Source of the DNA: Kondoa subrosea
Lineage: Eukaryota
Reading direction: 5' to 3'
NCBI GenBank assembly: GCA_039545335.1
Contig: BCIN01000007.1
Location: forward strand, 620,001-684,000
DNA: 64,000 nucleotides
Shown here: positions 53,611 to 64,000 of the stretch, piece by piece
How positions within the stretch are numbered: position 1 is the stretch's first letter
Layout: the number at the start of each line of letters is the position of its first letter
Translations under genes and position numbers: made by a program
The notes under the pieces: model-generated
Told to the model about the DNA's origin: nothing
Databases searched by the model: none
What the model saw: only the letters and a program-made list of their open reading frames with translations

Positions 53611-54487
53611 ATGTATGCTCTACCTCGCACTCCACTTGCCCAGCACGCTTCGCCAATCCTCAACTCCTACTTCGAACATGCCTTAACTTCAAGCCCTCGC
53701 ATCTTGCCTTCTGCTCGATTGGCCTCTACACCAAGTGCCGGTTTCACCATCTCTTCACCAAAGAATACCACTTCAGCAGTCTTCCGCACTCACAATCGAC
53801 CTGGTACACCTTTGTATACACCACCTATCTGTTCTCAAAAATCATATTTCCCTACTCTGCCAACTGTCCATGACAAAACAACCAACACCCCACACAATAC
53901 ACCTTTCAATAACAACATATCTTCCTTCTCTTCAAGTCCTAAACTTCATTCCGCCATGTTCCCAGAATCGCGTGCAACCATACTCGAAGAAGAAGAAATG
54001 AACCTGACTTCACAATTCTCCGGTCTCGGTTTAGGCATTGGTGGAATACTCGAAACAGATTGCACCGGTTTCCCATCATCAACAATGAACAATATACCAT
54101 TCACTCGGACCCATAATAACACGAAGAAATCAAGACCTTCTTTCGCTCATCGAATCTCAAACATGCCTCTACCTGAATTATGTTTACCTAAACTCAGAAG
54201 GGGTGAATCAAACGTTTCAATGGGTAGCGCTACTTCTGAAACGACCATCAAGGGAGGCAATGGAAACAACAACACGGAAGGGGAATCGATGATATTGAGG
54301 TCAAACATGCACAAGAGACCGGTTCAGATTCGTTGGGACTCTTCTGCTTTGGCTGCGCCTCATGCACATTTGAGGAAAGGCACACCTCATCCTGGAAAAC
54401 TTGTAAGTTCACTCAGTGCCTGCTCTTTGCTTCCTGGCTGAGATATCATTGAATCAGTCGTGGATCGAAGATGATGAGATCGCTTGA
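53611..54487 (+). CDS. Ser/Thr/Pro-rich hypothetical protein, one 3' intron
   Basis: 276-codon ORF starting at ATG; donor gtaagt at ~54403 joins to SWIEDDEIA*; LRKGTPHP motif. Confidence 0.65.
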
Positions 54488-54630
54488 TGCGAATAGGTTG
54501 CCTTGGTACCCGTACATCATGCTGTGCATAATGTGACATCGAAGAATACCGAAATGTAATAGTCTCTTTCAACTTGTAAAACAGCTACTTCGGCTGTATT
54601 CTATTTCAATGTAATGCAATGTACAATTCC

Positions 54631-57600
54631 TCATGCCTTCTTTGCACCTGCGAACAATTTCCGCATGAAAGCTTCGTTGTTTGGTTCTCGTCCCAAAAAG
54701 TCCTTGAGCGTCTCAGTGGCATCTCTTGATCCTCCTGGATTGAGTACTTTGGTTCGGTAGAGCTTTCCAGAGGCTTCGGACATCGGATCTTTCTCGAATA
54801 TAGTTGCATACATGTCGGCAGAGTAAACTTGCGACCACTACAGATAATAGTCAGAGAGCAAATCTGCAATCAGAGAAGAAGAGACAAACAAGGTAGCCTG
54901 TGCGAGAAGTTACAGATCAGTTGCATAAAGTCAATGTTATACAGAAAAACTGACCATAATATCCTGGTGAATCAGAAAGTTGTCAGACGTTGCATTAAAG
55001 AATCGGCGAACGAAAGTTACCTGCATCGTATCCACCAATTAGGTGAGCAAAGCTTGTTTGACCTGGCGAGACAGTGTTTTCGCCATTCGTAAGGCAAATC
55101 TCTTGTCGCATCTTCTCGTATAGTTCTGAAACTTTCTCAGGTTGCTCTGCATCGAAAGTGAGCTATGAAGGTATATATGCAATCAGGGCCGACCTTTCAT
55201 CGTATGGACACGCATATCGAAAGTGCCTGTGTAGTGAATAACTCAGTCAATTCTGTCAACAGAGGACAGAGAACACACCGAAGAAGAGCTGTCTGAGATT
55301 GAAGAGGCCCTGACCATCTTTGAAAGTCATAGTATAAGCTGCTAAAGATTAAGGAAACACTTTGAAGCTCACGATCTCGTGCTGAAATGATCTTCTTGAC
55401 TATATGAAGCATAAGCAGAGCCTCACTACAGCAGAATGAGACATACTTAGATCGTCTGGAAGTTCTTTGCCTGTTTCGACGTGTTTGCTGATGCGTTTGA
55501 GAATCGCAGTCTCAAAGACCCAATTCTCCAACATCTGCGAAGGGGCTTCAACGAAGTCTGGCAAATCATCAGTGTGCGGGCTGATGTAGAGGCAAGGGTT
55601 TTACCTCGCTCGACATGTGTCCCGTGGAAGCGAGAATACTTTGTCCGAGAGCACAAGCCATGGAAAGCATGTCCAAGTTCATCTAAAACCATTCCGTCAG
55701 GTCTCTGCCGATAATCAAATTGTATCACGTACGGAAGAATGTGACAACATCATCGTGTTGCATCACACTGTCAAGACAAGTCTATCAATATGCCGAAATC
55801 GATATGACACTACTTACGCAGGCTTCCCGCCGGAGGGCTTAGCCAGATTGGCTACCATGTTTGCGATAGGGTAGCTGATGCCATCTGACACAGCGCAGCC
55901 TGGAACTGTATGACCTTGTCAGATGATGGCAGTCCGCAGTCTTGATACTTACTCAAGCCCCAGACTGCCTATAAGCGTAAGTATTAGTACGGCAAAAAGC
56001 GACGAAGACACTCTAAACATACCGCATGACCATCTTTTCGCAATAACCGTCAGAATTGACTCGACTGCGAGTCTATGTAGGGACTCACATTTGTTCTCTC
56101 GCGGGAACAAGCTGAATCATGCAGTCAGCTACGTGATCAAGTAAGAGGAGAATCGTCCCACTCCAAATGCATGAAGCCAAGAAAGCCTTCCGATCCCTGA
56201 GAGGCTTCAAGCTTCTCAGCGTCGAAGACAGCCCATTGGGTCGCTTCTTCGTGCCACAGCTTCGCACCTTCGATTTTGAAGAACTTGAGTGAGAGAAGCT
56301 CCTGATAAATAGCTAGAACTCTGTACTCGTGGTCAATTCGGCCGAAAAAGCACGGCTAATGCACTGACTCTTTGATAACATGCTCAACTGGGAAGTATTG
56401 CTTTGTAACTTCATTGTCCAAGTCAAGTGTCTTCTGTCGATCAAGTCGCTGCAGGTATCTCATATCCCAATGACGGAAAGAACTACGACAAATCAGTATT
56501 GCGAAGTGATATTTGCGAGAACCCACTTGTCGAAAGGAATACCCATTTCTTTGCTTTCCGATTCTTTTAACTTCATCAAGGTAGAAACTTCTTCTTTCCC
56601 AAGTATGATAACCTTCTCGCGTAAATCTGAAAGGAATTTTTTGACTGTTGGGACAGTCTTTGCCATTTTGGGCTGAGCACAGATCGATGTTATTAATCAG
56701 CTGAGTTGCAAATGTCAACACGGACCTCGAGACGGAATGCGGCCCAGCTTTCGTATCCTAAGATAGAAGCACATTCCTGACGCAATTTCATGATCTGCTC
56801 AAAGATAGGTTCATTCTGAACTGTTTTGCTTTCGTAGCCCAGCAACGCTCTCTTTCTTGTTTCAGGTCGCTTAGCATTATCAATGACTGGTACGTAGTCG
56901 GGTGTCTTGACTAGATACTGAGATCAGCCTTCTTGTGTCGACAAGAGTAGTGCAGACTTACAAGACATAGAGTATACCTCACGACCATCGCTATCTGTGG
57001 ATTTAGGAAAACCAGCAATAATGTCTTGCGGAACTCCTTCCAATTCGGCAGCTGTGAATTTGATGCTACCTTTCTCTTCGTTGCAATGCCTGTTGAAGTC
57101 GACTGAGAGTTTCGAGATTTCCTTCTTCTTAGCCATAAGCTCTTCTCGTTTGTCTTCAGGTAGATCCAATCCAGCGCGTTTTCGGTCCAGCTATATTGCG
57201 TCAGGAATGGTAGAGGAGCTGTAGAAGAGTGGCATACAAGCTCTTTCTCAAGTAATCTCTTCTGTTCAGCTGATAGCTTCGACTTATCGGTATTCTTCTC
57301 TGCACTTTTGAGGGCCTCGAAGACGTCTATCCTCATACCCGCACCAATCCCATACTCTGAAGTCTTCTTATCGACTTCAACAGAAGCATCACGAACCGCT
57401 TCCTCTGTTGAGACGTATTGCATAAACTCAAGAGGATTGAGAGCAAGTTCGTATTTTACGTCGTTCAAGGCGATAGCTTCTAAAACGGAATCGAAGTTGC
57501 ATTCATCAGCTTTTAAAGCAGCAATCTTATTCAACCCTTCTTCGTGTTGTTGAATGGCATCTTGACCGATTTTGGAGATATTCTCAGCAGTATGGGTCCA

Positions 57601-57704
57601 TGTGGGAGGATTTACAGGCAAAGGAGGGCCTGCACAACAAGACGATTGTCAGTTTATGACAATCATAGCATAGAGCAACCAGACGAACAGTTTCCGTTGT
57701 TCAT
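54631..57704 (-). CDS. PRD1: M3A metallopeptidase (saccharolysin / thimet oligopeptidase), very intron-rich
   Basis: LDLFPRENKYGHAA, FFH|ELGHAFH, DFVEAPSQMLENW, GYDAGYYGYLWSQVYSADM, FLGREPN. Confidence 0.93.
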
Positions 57705-58013
57705 GTTGATTGAGAAGAAGGTACGGCGACGACAGATAGGATTGGTACACAAGGAAGGAGCAGGGAAGCGAGATGACAAGCTCTGAAGCGATGACGAGGC
57801 TTTGACACTCTTCAAAGGGAACGCTACAGCAGCGCGAACAAGAAGATGGAGAGCAATGATGTTCTCTTGGTATCAACGAATCAGGTCAAGAGTATCCAGA
57901 TAGACTGAGGTATAACAGGAAAGCAGTGCTCGTAGCGATGCAAGCCAAAGTTATTAGTCATGCAATTGACTCGCGATGTGTACAAGCTATACACGTGTTC
58001 TAGAACGCCGTCA

Positions 58014-60339
58014 TTACAAGATCTCAACTTCCGTAGCTTCCTTCGCCTGTTTCTTCGCTTTCTTACGCGCTTTCTTCAAGGCAGCTTCCTTCTCCTCTTC
58101 TTCCCTCTCCTCAAGCTCTTCAACAGTCTCATCATTCAGATCATCCTGTACACTATGCACCGCCAATCCAAAAGCTCTGCTTTCTTCAAGAATAGCAATT
58201 GCTGACCTCCGATTGCAGGATTGATCTTCTTGAACCAGACAGACAGCAGCTTCAGGTACAAGAATCCTTCTGATGTAGGAGTCGATGTCTAGAGGTCGAG
58301 CTAGATGATCTGCCAAGATAGCTGATTGGACGAGGGAAATTTTGAGCTGATTGTAAATCGCTTCGAAACCAAGTCCACCATAGCTATCATCATCATTAGC
58401 CTTTGCACATTAGCAAAGAACAAGAGACCCACTAGCCAGGTATTTCAGCTTCGAAACCACCCACTACTTTGAACGTTAATAACATCACTGATCGAAGGAA
58501 GGGAGTGCTTACATTGAGACATGATGCTTCTCATCCCGAATCTTCCTTTGTCTCCCCATTGCTTGACAGCTTCATCTCTGAACGGACTACTCATCTTACC
58601 ATGCAAAACCAGGATCAAGCTATCCAAACATTTCGGACTAGCAACTCTTTTCTTGACTTGTTTGAAATCAATTTCTCCTTCACCTGGCCAACCTCTTTCT
58701 CTTCCTAAAGGCATAATAGAACTCTCTTCCCTATGTCGTCGACATAGTGTAGCTGTATCTGCTGAAGGTAAAGAAAGGCCATCTGGATTGCTTCGCGTTG
58801 GTCGAGCTTGAGCTTTGGAAGAATCTGTACGAAGCGAAAGAAGTTTCTTCAGTCGAGAAGATGGATTTCGAGGTAATGGTTCGTCGCAGAAAGGACAGAG
58901 CGGGACAGTCGGGTCTTCAGAGAAAACGTTAGCAAGGGAGACTTGGCGAGAAAAAGTGACTGGAATTCACCTCTTTGAGTATACATGAAAGACTCATCCA
59001 TTCCTAGATCTTCTAGATCAAGCTCTGGCGACCCTTCTGCTTCTCTCTGCGGTACAGGCACAATAGTTTCGTCTTCGATATCAGGCAATACGGCTCTCAT
59101 CTGATCTTCGATGGCTATGGTCACTCTAGGCTGACTTGGTTTAGCTTTTGGTCGTTTCGACTTCATGACTTCTTCAGTAATCGGTACTTTTGATGTAGAA
59201 GCTTCAGATTGGGATGACTTGAATGTAGGTTTCGCTTTGAACTTCCGTTTCGTTGGCACTGCAGCGGGTATATCAACAGGAGGTAGAGTAGCTGCGATGT
59301 CTTCTTCTATTGAGCGGGAAGTAGTGCTTGAGATACTAGAAGCGAGACTGTTCATGATTTCGATATCGCTATCTGAATCATCCGAAGGCATAATATGTCG
59401 CTTTTTGCTCTTTCTAGTCGGTTCCTTGATTGGGGAATCAGCTTTTGTCCTGTTTTAACAAAGCTTTTTAAGCTGATTGTCCAGCTGAGAAAGCATTCTA
59501 CTTACGATTCTTGACTGAACATATACTCTTCAGGTTCCGGAGAGCGAGCTCTCTTCTTAGATGATCTGGATGCATTTGAAGCCACACTAGAAGCAGGTTC
59601 TCGCTCTATAGCTTTGCCTTTTCCTTTTGGCGACGATCGGACATGCAGCATAGAGACCGCTGATGAAGGAGGAACTTGTGAGAGCGGAGGGAGAAAATCG
59701 ATTTCATCTGCTGATTCGCCAATGTTTATAGCTTTATTGCTAGATTTGGGTGCTAAAGCTTTGGTATGCTCTTTGGCTTTTACTCTCTCTTTCAATTGGC
59801 TCCAGCGAATCGCAGGATTGACTGTCTTCTGCTTTTGTTTAGCTTGTTGTCCAGACGCTGAGCCAGTCGGAGCAATGATCAGACTTGGTTGACTAGCCCG
59901 CGGGCTTGCTGCAAAAGACAACGGCGCTTTGCTACTGACGACTCAGTTAGTATAACACAGTCAAAAGGACAGCAACGTACGTTACCACGGGCATGTCCTT
60001 CATTGCTTTCGCTAGCTGCCGAGCCGACTTGGTTACCTTTGGCGAAACATCAGAGATCTCTGTATAGCCAGCCTTCTGTTCTCGTTTCTTGAAAGAAGGT
60101 ACATCTGAAGCTTCTGACTCCTTTGCCTTATCTGCTTTGTTGCTTGAGAAGTGAGCCAATGGTTTGCCAGATTTTGACTTGACGTTGTTCGCTGCAGCTT
60201 GCGATCCAGAAGCTCTGGCTTTGGAGGAAGGACCCACTTCAGGTATTTGCTGTAATGCTGGCTTTCCAGGACCCAAATGGACATTCTGCGGACGCTGTAG
60301 CTCAACACCTTTCAAGTCGCACTTCTTTCCAAATGACAT
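58014..60339 (-). CDS. RTC4-like domain protein with long disordered N-terminus
   Basis: CPFCDEPLP, CRRH, GWP..IDF, PGY|YG, ILVPEAAVCLVQED, ILEESRAFG. Confidence 0.8.
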
Positions 60340-60535
60340 GCTAGGCAGCAGGAAAGCGAGACAGATCGGTATTAGGAAGAGTATAAGGAATCTCTGCAAT
60401 CAATCGCGCATCTTCACGGTGCAAGTTTGCAAGACGAAGTTTCGTTTCGAAACAACAAGTGATGAGCTCGAAACAGGTGAAACAAAGTGTTACGAAAGCG
60501 CGTGTTTCAAGTGTCCATTTATCACTACTACTCAG

Positions 60536-62529
60536 CTACTGCATGCCCTGCTTCAAATTGTCCCATTTACTGTGAGGATAGCTAAGATGATTCTCTGTCT
60601 TGTCCAAATCTTTGCCGAAAGCAGCAGCCACAGCAGGAACGATAGCTTGAGGATTCCCAGCAGGATGATCTCCAGACAATTCCCTTAAGGTTCATGTGTC
60701 AGAATACTGATTAGGATCCTATCGAAGCGCAAGGCTCACCAATACATTCCGCCTCCCAAACCTAATTTGTTGATGTAATCCGCTTTCTGCCTGGTAATCT
60801 CAACAGTATCGTATGTGATCATCTCTCGAGTCGAAGGGTCGTAAGAATAAGACGCGACGAGCTTGTCATCCGTGAAGACTCGACTTCCATCTAAAGGCTA
60901 TTCCCAAGAAATTAGCTCGTTTTTACGGGATACGACAGAGGAGAAACTCACCAGAACTTTGTAATCGTAGCTTCCCTGTTCCCAACTGCCTGGTCCAACA
61001 CCTTGGAACGGTTTTCCAGGTCCATCGGTATTGGCGAAAGATCGACCATACAATGGCATACCGATAACGAGCTTGTCCTTAGCCACACCTTGAGAATGGT
61101 AGTATTGTACTGCACGACTATGGACCACAAAAAACGCCGAGTAAGCAGGAAGACTGCGAAGACTTCGAAATGGACGGACTCGGTCGAGAAACCGGATGAA
61201 GACCCGTAGAGATTCGCTTGATGACCTGCAACGGAATCCCAGCTTCCAGCATAACTACGAAAGTGTAATCAATGATTCCATCACGGAAAATTGACCCAAG
61301 AGCTTACTCATATCTGTAAGCAGGGAGACAACTCATCAGCAAGTAGGCTGAAACGCTGCATCTGTTCCTTACGACATCAAGTTCCAGAAAGTAAGGTACT
61401 GATCCATCTCTCTAATCTTGAGTTTCTGAAAATGTTCAGGACCGCAAGGCTGGACCAGCCTGTCAATGTTGTAACCATCAGGTCAGAAAAGACAGGACTG
61501 ACCGCAGCTATAGTGAGTTCATAAGGAGTTGCATCGCCTTTTGATTTAGCATGCTCATCTAGAGCCTTGCGACATTCTTTAAGCAGTTCGACATATTGCT
61601 GAGCTTCGTTCGAGTCCTTCGGGTCTGTAGGCGAATCACACGCAATTAATCACGTTGTGAATCATAATGTGAAGCAACCCACATTCCCAATCTATATCAA
61701 TCCCGTCCAAGCCGTAATCTTCTATAAGCTTGACAGCTGATTGAGCGAAAGTCGTTCTGGCTTGAGGCGAGCCTGCAAAGGGTGCAAAATTGGAGCTATA
61801 AGTCCATCCACCAATAGAGAGCAGTAACTTGAGTTGTCTGTTTTGTTTCTTCAGAAGGTAAAGCTGTCTACGCACGGGCTTTAGTCGTGAACGGACACTT
61901 GAAGGCGATTGGCTTACTTGAAACAGCCATAGACATTGTTCCCGACATCGTTCCATGAATCACCGTCCCAATGAATCTGCTCATCTGCCCAACTGCATAC
62001 AAGATCAACATATGTTCGATCTTTGGATGAGCAGAGACAAACCTATCCGTCGAGTAAACTTCCCCCGATTCTGGTCTGATATTGGCGAATGCGTATAATA
62101 TATGAGTGAGATCCGACGCAGGGATATCTTTTGGGAAATATTTCCTAGCATAAATGCTCCAATCTGACACAAATAGGTACGTGGTAAATGAAGGTCCAAA
62201 CATAAAGAAGAAAGAACGAAACTGGTGAAATAGCCTACGTTCCGCTTCATAGTAGAATGTGATATAGATTGAGAGGTAGATGCCTCGGATGATGATTTGG
62301 GTTTGCCAAAGAAATGCATGAAATCAAGGAAATTGAAATGGTATAAGATGAAGAGAAGTGCTAAGATAGGAACAATTCGCTGTCTACGTACTACTGCATG
62401 AGAAACGAGCCGGCTGTGCGAAGGCTATGAAAGCACGCACTTCCAACTAAAGTGACGCGGTATCTGGTCTTGCAAGTCTTGCTCTGGCGGAAAGTCTTCG
62501 TCTTGCAATGGCTCGTAAGAGGAGCTCAT
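60536..62529 (-). CDS. GH18 chitinase; predicted N-terminal type II membrane anchor via an upstream exon (alternative starts 62319/62250)
   Basis: [61 protein letters not shown]. Confidence 0.93.
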
Positions 62530-62669
62530 ACAGTCGACATAGCGGCTTCAGAGTCGCTGTTATGGAAAGAAAGCATTCGACCCCTCCTTGACCGCGAACA
62601 GTTAACTATTGCATATATCGTGGAAACGCTGGCACTGTGCAGCTTCTCAGTCCACTGGCAAGCGATCCA

Positions 62670-63814
62670 ATGGCGACATCTCGCAATTCTCCCTTTCTAT
62701 CTTTGTCAAATGAAGTGATTGAGCACATTTTGCTGCTGAGTGATCGAGAAGACTGCTACAATGCATTGTTTGTATGCAAGAGAATCAGTGGGATAGCGGT
62801 TGGGCGGCCTTTGTGGAGAGAAATAAAGATTGAAGAAGCCGCACAAGCTTATCAAATCCTGGATCTCATCAAAGGCAGCCCGCTGTATGGTCAGTATGTC
62901 CGTGAAATCAACTGGGGCGATGGATATCTGCAATCTGAGGATGACATCGGAGAGTTCACTGCTCAAACAAGTATCGTGTCAACACTTTTGCTGGAAATGC
63001 TGTCTTTTACACCGCTGCTACGACACCTAACCCTCTGCGATTTACCTATCTTTACGCATGATCGCTGGGTCGTTGCCTTGAGGACATTATCAAAGTTGTC
63101 GGAATTGTTTCTCAATAGCTATAGTCAAAAGCCTCAATCTTTCGGGCAACTGAAATGGTCGCATATTATATCTTTACTTGCCAACAATCGCATTCAGGAA
63201 TTTTCGTACGACGGATGCAACGAGGCAGAACTCGATCTTCCTGTTATCCCGATTTCTTGTTCAACTGCTCTCTCTGGACTGAATCTGGTGTCGACAGAAG
63301 TGAATTCCACTCTCTTCACGTCACTCTTGCGATCACTACCAGCATACTTCTCTATACTAGCTTGCGAATACTTGTCTGGCATGACACCAGCCCAGCTTGT
63401 CGAACACATCAGTCGCCTGTGCCGTCAAGTCCAACAATTGTACCTCAAATCTGAAACTAACCATCCTTTGGATGCTCCGATATCCTGGCTGAACCGACTG
63501 CACAAACTTAAGACTTTGGTTATTGAAGGCCGAGATATTATACATCCCGCATCTCTGCACTACCTACCCAACCGCGTATGTCAGCTGGAATTGATGAACA
63601 GCAATATAGAAATAGGATATGTGGGCATGTTGATTTGGAAGCAAAGGAAGAAATTGCGGTTTCTAGACCTGGACGAGGAAATGTCTGGTTCGCAAATCGA
63701 AAAGGATGCAATGACGGTATGCTGGTACCTTTTGATTCGTTATAAGCTGTGATCTCATAATTCATGCTTTAGAGATTGGCGAAGGATTTTGCTGTCAATT
63801 TACAATGGAAATGA
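62670..63814 (+). CDS. F-box-like / LRR-like protein, paralog of 1220-2365
   Basis: SPFLSLSNEVIEHILL; FTPLL, CEYLSG and LHYLP blocks shared with the paralog; 3' intron at the equivalent position; last exon RLAKDFAVNLQWK*. Confidence 0.82.
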
Positions 63815-64000
63815 AAGGCGGCATTATATTCAGGGTTCTCGCTTACTTGAGGATCAGATGATGTGATATATCGAGTCAGTGGGGAGCTGCTTGCCAGAAA
63901 ACTGGCTGTCAGCTCGAAGGGAGGATGCAGGAGAAACATTATGCAAGTCAGCGGAAGGCAAACTTGCTAGCGATCTGTAGCCCACGCTCGCTTAGCCGAG

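Overview
Eukaryotic, gene-dense fungal DNA, most likely a basidiomycete (Pucciniomycotina-like; inferred from gene content and very short, ~45-60 nt introns with CTRAY-like branch sites). About 30 protein-coding loci can be reconstructed by hand-splicing; the ORF track fragments almost all of them. Conserved genes: RPC19, SPC34, a TRAPPC12-like gene, complex I subunit NDUFC2, an MFS transporter, an Rds1-type ferritin-like protein, a PARL/Pcp1 rhomboid, an MDR reductase, uricase, Apa1/2, GH15 glucoamylase, MAM33, a Zn2Cys6 factor, an acyl-CoA dehydrogenase, an M3 oligopeptidase, an RTC4-like protein and a GH18 chitinase. These are interspersed with rapidly evolving genes: F-box proteins (four intact-looking, two decayed), two tandem arrestin-like genes and two double-GNAT paralogs. 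The most striking signal is extreme micro-exon use. Uricase needs a single-nucleotide exon (36117) to encode the conserved PNxHY His, and the Zn2Cys6 domain is assembled from 8-, 6- and 12-nt exons. Other highlights are a probable non-AUG mitochondrial presequence on the oligopeptidase and a hidden type II membrane anchor on the chitinase. I found no tRNA, rRNA, CRISPR array or transposon. All splice models and family assignments are by eye and from memory of the families; no searches were run.
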